From contig CM120640.1 in the NCBI GenBank assembly GCA_051362555.1, forward strand, positions 55,530,788-55,594,787: a stretch of 64,000 bases of DNA, written 5' to 3'. Under the pieces are notes generated by a model. That model searched no databases, was not told the origin of the DNA, and saw only the letters and a list, made by a program, of their open reading frames with translations. Every line of letters begins with the position of its first letter. Within the stretch, counting starts at the first letter, position 1. Made by a program: the position numbers and the translations under genes. Below are positions 52,501 to 63,900 of this stretch, piece after piece. The stretch comes from Lingula anatina. Lineage: Eukaryota; Animalia; Brachiopoda.

Positions 52501-55500
52501 GAATATGAAAATGGCCTTTCTGCATCGCTCGGATTGCTAACGAATATGAAAACTGCCTTTTCGGTTTCGTTCCTCACTCGCGTGTTTGTTTGAAGATGAT
52601 TTAAATGACAAAACGTACACACTTTTCGAATGTGTACATTTGCACAACTATGTGCCAGGAAATCAGGTGCGTTGTCGGACAGCTGCTGGTCAAGATTGCC
52701 TGAGCGAAAAAAGTGGTTGCAAATAGAACCACGCAACTGTGGATATCGAGCCCTGCACCCAGGGGCCCAACCCTCCCCCCGGTATATTTGATTGTAGACA
52801 ACAATCAACGGTCATCTTGGTCGCAGCACACAACGGAGAGAGACCGTAACACACAGTTCAGCTGCCATGGTGAAGGCTACCTGTGTGCCGCACATACCGA
52901 TCTGCGGTCGTAGTGGCCTCCCTGGAAGGCAGATAGGCCATAATACCGAGGCCGGCTTCTGCAGTTTAGGCTATGTATGCGTCGCAGACACCAACCCGCG
53001 CACAGCGAGATGATGACACACTTGCATGTAAAGCTCCGCCCAACTTCAATGGTAAAGGCAACGAACCTGGCTTTAGAAGACGCTAATTGCTGATGAAAGC
53101 TACCTGTACGTGCACCATAGACACCGATCGGCTGTCGTCTCGGTTTCAGTGGATGGAAAGGAGCAACGGTAACACTAGGCCCGGCTTCCACAATGAAGGC
53201 TAACTGGCCATGGTAGACACTAATCACGTACCGGCCATCTCTCCCTCCGTCCACTCCCGTTCTGAGCGCCAGGATCATTTTCGAAAAACGGCACTAGTTT
53301 CTGGCTGTCAGGTTCGCTTTTGAAAAACAATACTACTGATAATGATGCTGTTTTGTGTCCCTATAGCCAACACTACCTTAGGCTGTACATAGTGATCGGG
53401 TGACAGTACGTGTATCCCTTGGGTTGCAATTACCGACACTCACCTATCATACATTATGGTAACTCTAAATAGATCATTGGGAGAAAGTAACATAAGGCCT
53501 GGTGACGAACAGACAACTTCCAGATAAAATTGACAGAATTCCATGAAATTTGAACATTTGGAAATTCTGAGCACTTCCATTTCGTGAATTTCGACCAAAC
53601 TTTTCCCAAATTTGATTATTTTCTACTGTATAGAAAGAAGCATAGCACAATACCGTATTTCAATAGTTGAATGAGGGATGCCCTTAGTATCTGGATAGAT
53701 ATTTCCTGTTGTGACTGACATTTAGCCTTTCCTTTCTTGTACTTAAATCTAATTAATTGTGTGTGTTGATGCTTAGGATTTGGTTGGTTTCCACAATTTG
53801 CTGCAGTGTGTTTAAAGCAACTATACTTATTTGAAACAAAAAATCTTGGACAAAAGGTAAATTCAGTGGTTTCTTGTTAATAACAGGGGGCCTTACTCTA
53901 ACCCCTGTAGGAAAATGAATTTTCATTAGAGTTGCTAATTATAAATAGATTTCTGTCTTCTAGGTTGAAGAGTGTAGACACAATAAAGATCTTGTGTTAG
54001 AACAGTTGGATTTGTTGTCAAAACCCCAGGGGGCTCAGAAAACTGAAGATGAGCATTTGAATGTCACAGAAATTACAAGACAGCAGTTGCTACAAGAGAC
54101 AGAAGATTTTTCTAAAGTAATTGTTGAACTTGCCAAAACCAAGCGAGCCTCTGATCTGAGGTACAATTTTAGTCATGCAGTTGATGTGATCTTAATTTCA
54201 TGAATAGTAAAAACATGTCAACAGATATTAGAAGGCTTTCTTACAAAGTACTTTGTGGAGAAAAAAAAATTGTCTTTTAAAGGTATATATGATTTATCCA
54301 TAATTTTATTTTTAGTTACAAACTGGAATAATGTGTCCCCTATTAAAGTACAAATTTCAAACATTTATTACATTATAAAAGGAAGTTATTCCATTGGCTA
54401 TTACAATAGAAATTACAAACATGCAGTAAATATACTTTAAATGTGCCTTATTTTTGCCCTATATTACAGGGTCACAAAACTTGCAGGTGCTTTAAAAAGG
54501 TTAAAAGGTAAGCATGAACATTTATGTCATAGTAAAAAAAAAGTAAATTGGTGGTAAGGAGTAATTGCTTAATTATATAATGTTGGTTTGACTTTATTCC
54601 ACAACTGTTTTAATTGTCTTTTTTTTTCTTCATTTTTTATTTCCAGATAAAAATATAGAGATAAAAAGGAAACACAAGGAAGCATTAAAGCAGATGCAGG
54701 ATGATTCCATCAGTCTTAATCTCTCAGTTGAAGAGCTCACAGAGTTAAGGGAAAGATATGAAGTGGAGAAATCTAACAGAGAAAATATTGAAAAGCAGGT
54801 ACATAATAATAATAATAATAATAATAATAATTGATTGTCATATTTATACAAGTATAAAATGAAAATAGTATGATCTGTCGATAAAATGTAATAAAATGGA
54901 ATTATTAAAATACATTTTGTTCATTAAAAATACGTACTGCTGATGGATAAAAACAATATTTGTCATGCTTATGATATCTTTAAAGAGTTGTGTGTAAATC
55001 TGTGTGACATATTATGTTATTCTTAATTCTTTTCACATTGTAATTTCTCCTAACTCCTCCTAGACCATTAGAGTGAGGAAGTTGAAACTTTGGGAACTGA
55101 TAGACCTATTATCAGGGATGTGCATGAGCACTTATGAATTTTAGTGCAACTGGGGGTTGGGCTGTTCCTGGGAAGTGGTTGATTCTGAATTCTTTTCACA
55201 TTGTAATTTCTGCTAACTTCTCCGAGACCATTATGATGAGGAAGTTCACTTTTTAGGTTTTAGCAGACTTATCATCACATGCAGGCCTACCCAACTACCA
55301 GACTCGGCACCTAAGGATCCTGAATTAACCGGTATATCGGACCACACTACCCGTTTTCAAGGTGTGTGTCAGATCGCATTTTGGAGTATCAGTCACAACA
55401 CCGACAGGATGAACCCACGCTCGGTTGTCACCTTGATTGGATAGTAAACGATTGTCGTAAAATGGCTACATGATTTTAAAACCGGGTGCATAAATTTGAA

Positions 55501-58500
55501 AACCACCTAGAACAACCTTAGACTGCCACATTAATCTAATACAATGCAAAAAAGCCCTATCAAAGGTGTTAAACATTCAAACCGAATGTCGTAAAGTGCC
55601 CATATACCCCCATAGAGACAATAAAATAGAGTACTCTAGATGAGAGTACAGTCTAAGGTTGTTCTAGGTGGCTTTCAAATTTATGCACCCGGTTTTAAAA
55701 TCATATAGCGATTTTACGACAATCGTTTACTATCCAGTCAAGGTGACAGCCGAGCGTGGATGAGCCTGCAGTCGTCCTACAAAATTTGTTCTGGGGTATG
55801 ATACTCCGAAATGCGATCTGACACACACCTTGAAAATGGGTAGTGTGGTGCGATATACCGGTTAATTCAGGATCCTTAGGTGCCGAGTCTGGTAGTTGGG
55901 TAGGCCTGACATGAGTCCCTTTGGGTTGGGCGCCCCCCCCCCCCCCCCCTCCTCAGGGGATGGGGGATGATTCTTATTATTTTACACACTGTTATTTCTG
56001 CTGTCTCCCACTAGACCATTAGAATGAGTAAGTTGAAACTCAAGTTATAAACATATCATCAAGGATTTGCATGGACATTTCGGAATATTAATGTGCCTTG
56101 GGGTAGTTCTGTCTCAGGGGGTGGATTGCTTTTTCTACATAGTAACTTCAGTTATCTCCTCCTAGGTCATAAGAGTGAGGAAGTTGAAAGTTTTTGGGAT
56201 TGATAGACCTATTATCAGGGAGGTAGATGGACCAGTCATAATTTGTGTTGGTGGGGGTTGGGCTGTCTCTGACGGGGTAGGGGAGTGGATAATTCTTTTT
56301 ACATTTTGCATTTTTTCACTGATACTTTTTATTCAGTTATTATGAAGATAATTTGCAATAATTTTACATACAGGACCCAGGCATTGTCATAGGGTGAGCT
56401 ACTTATACACTTTAAAAAGTGTGAAAGAGCAGGGATATGTGATGGCAATCAATCAAAACCATCTAGTTACATTTTTTCCAGCTTGAAGACAAAGAAAAGC
56501 AGTTAACAGTTGCAAAAGAAGATGCAAAGGGACTTTCTCAAACTTTGGAAGAGATGCACACCAGAAAGACCTCCTTGGAAAACATCATTGCAGAATTAAA
56601 AAGGTTAAAAAATCAAATATTATGATAAATTATTTTAGTTATTTTCAAATGACCTACTGTTGACAGAAAATCGACACTGCTTGATTGCACTTTACACGCA
56701 GACATACAAGTTTAAAAGAGAAAAAGAAAAAAAATCTGTTGGCAAGTCCTTTGGGTACATCACTGAAAACTGCCAGACTATTAAAGATCAATAACACCTG
56801 CACTTAACTTTTTTCTTCTATAGCAGGCTATCTATGGTAGCATAATGATTGCCTGTGTGTTGTGAAATCAATCGATTTTTGTCTCCAGAATTGTCAGATT
56901 TTTCAGGAGAAATGAAATTAGCTTTGCCATGATCTAGAAATACTATTGAAATGAAATGGTAATGATGACACAGGCTAACTTAAGCACTTTAAATGAGTTG
57001 AGTTCATTTGACTTTATAATGGTTTTGATAATTTGACTGATTGCTTTGCATCAAATTAACTTTTTTATTGCTATATTTTTTTTCGGTTTGTTTTTGATAT
57101 GCCTGGGTGCAGGCCGTGATGCTGCATGAACCTGAAATAACCTGCTGCTTTTATACATGGGTGAACATTTTTAGGATGATGCCTGATGTTCAGTGTTCAT
57201 TTTGATGCCTTTTTTAATATGATCTAAATTCTCTGAGAAAGATATTTCAGGATTTTCAGTTTTTACAATTTTCACCCATGGGTTGATGAAATTTAACTTC
57301 TGTGCAAATTTGGGCAAAATTATATGATAAAAATGTAAATATTTTTGTTGAGAAAATATTTTTAAAAAACTGACAACTATTGGCATTTGCTGGACTAATC
57401 TCCATCTCATGCATGCACAGAAGTTGTGTTAGCCTTTTTTTCATGGGCTTCACATGCTAAGGTCTTTACGTGTTTGAAGTTTCATTAAAACCTAAATATA
57501 GATGGCAAGACAATTTGGATAATGCAAAAGTACAAATTTGATAAGGATGTGAAGAATTCAGAAAAAAATTCCCAGGCGTACAACTACATCTGAAGGGCTT
57601 CATGTTTATGAATTTATATTAGAAGATTTATAGAGAGTAGGAAAGGAGAGCTGGACAAGATTTGTCTAAATTTGTCCATACACAAACAAAGGTATACCAG
57701 ATCATTGTTTGATATAATTGATTGTCATTTTTACTTCTCAGTATAATTACACAGGGGATGTAATCAAATGCATAGGCCCAGGCTAGAAAATACTGACATT
57801 TCCAACCTTCAGTCCTCTTGTGCACAGTCCATTAATCCTGAGTAATAGCATAGCTAGAACCAGGATACATATTGATTGTTCAAAGTGAATTAGAGGAGGT
57901 ATAACTGCATTACCTTTCCAACAGTATTGAAGAAGAGATATCAGTTGATTCTGCTGTAAAGCCTGTGAAGTAATGTTGCAAGCAATGTGATGAAGGTGCA
58001 TATGAAAAAGAAGACCATGGGGAACTGTGTACCACCAGTTAGAGGCATCACTCAGTCTAGGTGTAAATACAACACATTTTAAATTATCATATTTAATGTG
58101 CTTTTGAAATGCATTGAAAATAGTAACTTTTTAACTTGTCCTCCTTTCTCTGTCCTTTTTAGAACAAATAATGAACTTCAAGAGAAATGCAGGGTAAAAG
58201 AAGGTAGGTCTAGTTAATCCTCTAAATGTGGTTAGCAGTAAATCATTGTTTGGTTGATGTATTAAGTGCACATGACACTAATCTGTCTCTGATGGAATGG
58301 GATATCAAGGACAGATCTGTTTTGGGGATACTAAGAGATCTAAGTCTCTAATATCCTATACTTGCTTTCTATTGTTTTAAAAAAAGCAAATGTAGATAGT
58401 CTTGGACTGACTTGGATTGTTTGTCATTTCTCTAGTCTAAATGCTATACAAGTTATTCTATTAGTGATTGTACCTCCTAAGTCATAGAATGCTTTTATGC

Positions 58501-58734
58501 AGATGATACGTCTTTTATCTGATTCATCTTAATATACTTTGTTGTCATTGATGCTGATTGATGGTTGTACATAATCACTGAAAGCATTTACTTATTTATA
58601 GTTTACTTAGCAATTTGTTCCTTTACTTTTTGTTTTTATTTTTATGAAAAGGTCTAGTAAGTAGCTTGGAGGAGGAACTTGCCAAATCTGTCAATATTGC
58701 GAGAGAGGAAAAGGAAAAAACATTATCTTTGCAG
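25200..58734 (+). CDS. KASH5/CCDC155-LRMP(IRAG2)-family EF-hand + coiled-coil protein, 3'-incomplete (>=688 aa)
   Basis: 18 in-phase GT-AG exons: 25200-25451, 26194-26321, 26554-26636, 28259-28340, 29770-29928, 30158-30326, 35412-35489, 35612-35668, 37455-37514, 37731-37786, 49449-49602, 49941-50093, 53964-54160, 54470-54507, 54647-54798, 56482-56603, 58163-58203, 58652-58734. Family-like segments: EF-hand pair 'DTMFDMCDTNKTGTVPVSTLIEML' and 'FDPEGKDVSIELEVYREGMMQWI', then 'SFGSLEASG', then coiled coil 'VADLQYHNKKLTDENIKLQVQLENAEE'. Confidence 0.85.
26689..28054. mobile_element. Non-autonomous Harbinger-like TIR element
   Basis: TGGCCCCTGTTTCACAAA...TTTGTGAAATGGGGGCCA termini. The TSD is not clear. 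Confidence 0.6.
28420..29600 (-). pseudogene. Degenerate orphan ORF (possible retroelement ORF1 or Penelope-like N-terminal region), antisense in an intron
   Basis: Open 156-codon stretch at 28758-29228 (helical, then Lys-rich). An upstream ATG at 29422 (MGSSIS...) is separated from it by a stop and a frameshift. The coding strand is A-rich, and CCAAT boxes cluster upstream. Confidence 0.45.
30938..32033. mobile_element. hAT-like non-autonomous element nested in HINE copy 2
   Basis: CAGGGCTTCTCCTAGG...CCTGGGGAGAACCCTG termini. No TSD was recognised. Confidence 0.55.
32615..32743 (+). ncRNA. Type I hammerhead-ribozyme-like insert (Penelope/retrozyme-type), core mutated
   Basis: CTGATGA at 32632, then stem II (GGCC...GGCC), then GTAA in place of GAAA. 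A long flanking stem GATAAACATGAAAA/TTTTCATGTTTATC encloses it. There is a 12-bp duplication TGTTTTATTGAT, and the insert is absent from other family A copies. Confidence 0.6.
35680..35894. mobile_element. Harbinger-type MITE (sister of 3464-3678), TAA TSD
   Basis: Reverse-complement match to 3464-3678. TAA at 35677-35679 and 35895-35897. Confidence 0.85.
36081..37270 (+). mobile_element. Two nested or fragmented HINE-like family B copies
   Basis: 5' ends TTGTACCAC at ~36084 and ~36416. 3' CTCTAGTT ends at ~37118 and ~37270. Confidence 0.7.
39718..41000 (+). mobile_element. Internally deleted hAT transposon with transposase 5' remnant, 6-bp TSD
   Basis: Perfect 15-bp TIR CAGTGATGCATCCAG, with TATAAA on both sides. 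ORF 40048-40428 reads 'MAAKKTILDFF...FAQGNTNYRTSTLDRHCELPGHKQA' and is followed by 'LIKAFKAVYFMC'. This resembles the zinc-finger N-terminus of ZNF862/TTF-type hAT transposases. Confidence 0.85.
43369..45031. mobile_element. hAT-like non-autonomous element, 6-bp TSD
   Basis: TIR CAGTGATTGCGAAAG, with GAAAAA duplicated. The empty site is visible in copy B (CTTGAAAAATACAC, ~52201). Confidence 0.9.
44147..44303. mobile_element. MITE, sister of 9533-9707
   Basis: CAGGCCCGTAG...GGCTACGGGCC termini and shared internal sequence. Confidence 0.75.
46296..47690 (-). mobile_element. 5'-truncated non-LTR retrotransposon (CR1/L2/Jockey group), RT C-terminal half
   Basis: ORF 46352-47653 is preceded in frame by 'IYLDFSKAFDVV'. 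It contains 'GVPQGSILGPLMFLLYVNDL', 'LFADD', 'DLGV' and a terminal 'CRCTHC'. The 3' end has AATAAA and a (TCAAA)n tail. The element sits in a (TA)n tract. Confidence 0.95.
48374..49275. mobile_element. Kolobok-like non-autonomous element (TTAA TSD)
   Basis: TTAA|AGGCAGTCTCAGTTAGA...TCTAACTCTAACTGTACT|TTAA; the TIRs are imperfect. Confidence 0.55.
50414..53655. mobile_element. TA-flanked long-TIR non-autonomous DNA transposon, copy B
   Basis: TA|CGGTAATGTGCCATGAATTTC...GCACAATACCG|TA. Colinear with 41161-46272 minus the hAT insert. Confidence 0.85.
54960..56468 (+). mobile_element. Third Helitron/HINE-like family (C), degenerate ~160-bp repeats
   Basis: Repeated CTCCTAGACCATTAGAGTGAGGAAGTTGAAAC units and a 3' GATGG...CCATCTAGTT end. 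A related piece lies at ~37940-38110. Confidence 0.55.
55282..55908. mobile_element. Foldback element with ~245-bp TIRs and 5-bp TSD
   Basis: CAGGCCTACCCAACTACC...GGTAGTTGGGTAGGCCTG, with ACATG at 55277-55281 and 55909-55913. Confidence 0.92.
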
Positions 58735-59241
58735 GTAGGCTTTTTACTTGCATGAATTGTTTCAAGTTAATTTAGATAAAACTTGTTTATGTTTTATTTT
58801 ATTATTTTTATGTACAGACACAGATGTGTAACCTTCACCCGGGTCTGTTGAAAATGTTCAAAAATGAACACCTCCCCTGCCATTTTTAAGAAAAGTTTTA
58901 TTAAAAAAAAAAAAAAAAGGAAAAGTAAATTGAATACAGTACTAATTTACAATTCATATAAATTTAATTCCAATAGTGAAATTACCTAGGGGAATGCAGG
59001 ATATGCAACTGTAACTGTTAAGCACAGTGGTGGGCCTAAATTCTTTCTCTAAGTAAACCTGGCGTAAAAGGGACTCACAGCCCTCTCCCATGAAAAGATA
59101 ATACCCAGTAGGCTGCTTTATTTTGTGCAAAGTCGCGTCATCCATGAATGTGTTACACACACCAGTGCAAACAACTAATGGTGTAATGCACAGCCAAATC
59201 ATCCCGAATCATCAGCATGTACGCATTGTGCCTCACCAATG

Positions 59242-60082
59242 AAGGGTACCGGAGGAGATCAGCATTGGTCAGAATTGTGCCGGAAGTGACTTGTAGTGGT
59301 GTAAGACATAAAGCTGAGTGGTCATTTTTAGCTGGAGATGAATGGGACTGAAGACGTAGGCTTGGAGAAAAAAGCAGTTATTCTAACAACACGTTAAGAT
59401 AACATCTTTATGCATTTTGGGTGGAGAATACTTGTAGAAACAATAGGCACATGATATGAAAACATGTCACGGAACTTGAAGGTGCAAAATCGTGCTAAAT
59501 TTGCAGTCAATTTGTTTTGAAATACATGCTGCATCGACCGCCAGCGCGACAAAGAGCATAAAGGGAAAAGAATTCCCAGGAGGCTAGAAATCTTTGTCAT
59601 GTGGAATTTTGGCATTTATATAATCTGATATGTCCATATCTAAGTATTTTTAGGTGCTTTATGGTATTGGCGGCAATTATAACGATGTTTTAGGGTCTTT
59701 GAAGGACCTTGTGAAAACCAGGAAGTATTTCGTAACTGACAACTGATCCACAACTACTGCTGTGCAAAGATGTATCTATTTTTAAATATTTTGACGAATT
59801 TTTAGATCTTTATATGTCCATCTGACATGAAATTAAGCACGATTTTGCACCTTCAAGTTCCTTGTCACATTTTCATATCAAGTATTCTCTTCCCAAAATG
59901 TGTAAAGAAGAAATGTTATCTTACCAACTTGTTTGAAAAACTGCTTTTTTCTCCGAGTCCACATCTTCTCTCCCGTTCACCTCCAGCTAAAAATGACCAC
60001 TCAGCTTCGCGTCTTACACCACTTGATGTCACACTTCCCACACAATATTTCTGACCAATGCTGATCTCCTCCAGTACCCCTT
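59242..60082. mobile_element. Older foldback element with ~260-bp imperfect TIRs
   Basis: GGGTACCGGAGGAGATCAGCATTGGTCAGAA...TTCTGACCAATGCTGATCTCCTCCAGTACCC. Arms at ~59242-59510 and ~59823-60082. Confidence 0.85.
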
Positions 60083-60912
60083 ATTATCTCCATTATTTTA
60101 AAGCTTAGTGCCTCGTACTTTATCTTAACCTAAAAGTATGTAGGGGGATAGTTTTCAAGGAAAACCAATAGGCCTGTTATCTTGAAAATTGAAGAAATGA
60201 TCAATGTTACTGTGAACATGCTGAAGGATGGTCTCGGGGTGGAATGACAAAGTCAGCTTGAGGGTTCAGTAGTTTATTTAGTCCGCATAACTAAGACCTA
60301 AAATGATAAGTTATAATACCCTTCAAACGTATGCACAGCTTATTGTTGACAAAATCTACTTATATAATTGCAATATATGTCAGTAAAATGTTATAAACAC
60401 ATTTGCAAAGTTATGTAAGAATATTATATTATTTCAGACACTAATTGTCTCTTACTATGCATACATACAAAATGAGTCGATTTGTTATTTAGAGCCCAAC
60501 TATAAGACCACAACTGGACAGCTATGGCTTCTGCCAACTGTTTATGTGGGAAACCGGAAACCATCCGACATTTTTTCTTTCAATGCCCACTGAAACAGAA
60601 AATATCGTGATCTCTACGAATCTGTTGAAGATATACTTGGTGTAACTTATGCATATTTCAGAACCCTACTAGATAAGATATCCCTCTTCCTACATGGCCA
60701 TAAAACACTAACATCTGGACAAAACGACAAAATTTTCGAAATAGTGTCGGATTTCTTAATCAAAAATGTCTGAATCATCTTCCATTTCTGTTCTGGCGTC
60801 TACCACTCTCTCCTGATGGCCTATTGCCCCCCCATAATTACCTTTCCCCCATGCCCTGCCCCTCACTCCCATCTAATGCCACTCATGTCCTCGTCACTGT
60901 CTTTTCCTTGAA

Positions 60913-60947
<35 letters not shown>

Positions 60948-60951
<4 letters not shown>

Positions 60952-63900
60952 GTACAGACACAGATGTGTCTGTACATATAGCCATCATCTGCGTCTGTCG
61001 TCGCCGTCGTCGCTGTCGCCGTGCATTTTACCGATAACACGATAAGTGGAAAACCATTTTACCTTTTGACTTGAAACTTGCAGAACTGATGAATATTTAT
61101 AATACGCAGGTCAAGTTCGAAAATCAGCATGATCGGGTCACTATTAGGGAATTTATGCTGTTTTTTCACTTTTTTCAGCATATATGCAGCACCGATAACA
61201 CGATAAGTGGAAAACCATTTTACCTTTTGACTTGAAACTTACAGAACTGATGAATATTCATAATACGCAGGTCAAGTTCGAAAATCAGCATGATTGGGCC
61301 ATTTTTAGGGAATTCTAGCTGTTTTTTCACTATTTTCAATATAAATGCAACACTGATAACACAATATAAGAAAAACGGATTGGCCAATTGTAATTATACT
61401 CACAGGAGTGGTCAATCTTACTAAAACGCAGGTTGAGTTCGAAAATCAGCATAATTGGGCCATTATTTTAGAAGTTATACTGTTTTTTCACATTTCCTCA
61501 GATTCAATTATTAGGCATGTTAACAGTCTCATTATTTAACTAATAGGATGCCTAAAAGTGTTTGTTTGATATTTCCTGCATCTTTACAACATTGTTAGTT
61601 GATTATGTAAAAAACATGGTAAACTTGTTATCATGTATTGTGTAATAAAGTGTCAACAAGGCAGCAAAGCTGTCAAATGTACAGACAAAGAACAGAAAAT
61701 ATAGATGCAAATAAGTGAAAAATTAAATTTTCACAAAAAACTGTTAAATTGACAGAAAAATTTACCAAACAGACTGCGTTGCCTATTGAAGCCGTATGTT
61801 AGACCCATGTTTCTTTCCTGTAAGTTTGAGAACAGTAAGTGACATGATTTCCCTTAAATGGTCATCATAGGAGCAGTGCCCAAAATAGGGATTTCTTCAA
61901 ATTTTGATGCAACATTACATAATGTTTAACAGCATAATGACAATCAAATGTTATTAATAAAATATTAGTAACATGGACATTCAGAAAATGTGACAAGCAA
62001 AAGTCTTCAAGATCATGGAACTTTAAAGTCACACCTTGAAAATGCCAATATGTGAAAAATTAAATTTTCACAAAAAAATGTTTAACTGCAAAAAAAAAAA
62101 AAAACAAAAAAAAACAAACAAAAAAAAAAAAAACCAAACAGACTGCATTGCCTACTGAAGCTGTATTTTAGTCCCATGTTTCTATCCTGTATGTTTGAGA
62201 ACAGTAAGTGACATGATTTTCCTTAAATGGTCATCATGGAAGCAGTGCCCAAAATGGGGCTTTCTTCAGATTTTGATGCAATATTACATAATGTTTAACA
62301 GCTTAATGACCATCAAATTTTAATTATAAAATATTTGTATCACAGATATTCAGAAAATGTGACTAGCAAAGGTCTTCAGGCCCATGGAACTTCAAAGTCA
62401 CGCCTTGATAATGCCAAAATGTAAACAAGACAGCACTGTTCTGAAATGGGTTTATTTCCATTTTTAACACTTTTTTAACTTAAACAAAATAAACATTTTA
62501 CTGCCATTTTTATATGTCCAACTAAGAAAATTGATGAGATGGGAAAAGTATCAATAGAACAGTGTTAAATGTCCAATTTCCTCCATTCTGAGATTCTAAA
62601 CATAGTGGATGATTGAATATGACAAACTGCAATGATATGAGTTTATTTCCATTTTTGACAATACATGATAACAAGTTTACCATGTTTTTTACATAATCAA
62701 CTAACAATGTTGTAAAGATGCAGGAAATATCAAACAAACACTTTTAGGCATCCTATTAGTTAAATAATGAGACTGTTAACATGCCTAATAATTGAATCTG
62801 AGGAAATGTGAAAAAACAGTATAACTTCTAAAATAATGGCCCGATTATGCTTATTTTCGAACTCAACCTGCGTTTTAGTAAGATTGACCACTCCTGTGAG
62901 TATAATTACAATTGGCCAATCCGTTTTTCTTATATTGTGTTATCAGTGTTGAATTTATATTGAAAATAGTGAAAAAACAGCATAAATTACCTAAAAGTGA
63001 CCCGATCATGCTGATTTTCGAACTTGACCTGCGTATTATGAATATCCATCAGTTCTGTAAGTTTCAAGTCAAAAGGTAAAATTGTTTTCCACTTATCGTG
63101 TTATCGGTGCTGCATACATGCTGAAAAAAGTGAAAAAACAGCATAAATTCCCTATAAGTGACCCGATCATGCTGATTTTCGAACTTGACCTGCGTATTAT
63201 GAATATTCATCAGTTCTGTAAGTTTCAAGTCAAAAGGTAAAATGGTTTTCCACTTATCGTGTTATCGGTGCTGCATATATGCTGAAAAAAGTGAAAAAAC
63301 AGCATAAATTCCCTAAAAGTGACCCGATCATGCTGATTTTCGAACTTGACCTGCGTATTATGAATATTCATCAGTTCTGCAAGTTTCAAGTCAAAAGGTA
63401 AAATGGTTTTCCACTTATCGTGTTATCGGTAAAAGTGCACGGCGACGGCGACGACGACGACAGACGCAGATGATGGCTATATGTACAGACACATCTGTAC
63501 ATATAGCCATCATCTGCGTCTGTACATATAGCCATCATCTGTACATATATGTACAGACACATCTGTGTCTGTACATAAATATGGAAATAAACTCATATCA
63601 TTGCAGTTTGTCAGATTCAATCATCCACTATGTTCAGAATCTCAGAATGGAGGAAATTGGACATTTAACACTGTTCTATTGATACTTTTCCCATCTCATC
63701 AATTTTTTTAGTTGGTCATATAAAAATGGCAGTAAAATGTTTATTTTGTTTTATGTTAAAAAAGTGTTAAATATGGAAAGAAACCCATTTCAGAACAGTG
63801 CTGTCTTGTTTACATTTTGGCATTTTCAAGGTGTGACTTTGAAGTTCCATGGGCCTGAAGACCTTTGCTCGTCGCATTTTCTGAATATCTGTGATACAAA

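Noticed and set aside
52287-53278. 173-aa and 133-aa ORFs inside TA-flanked element copy B
   Set aside because: Not preserved in copy A and no transposase motifs; likely chance ORFs in GC-rich sequence.
61031-63430. CRISPR-like regular repeats (also 2468-3725)
   Set aside because: Whole units repeat with no unique spacers, there are no cas genes, and the context is a eukaryotic intron.
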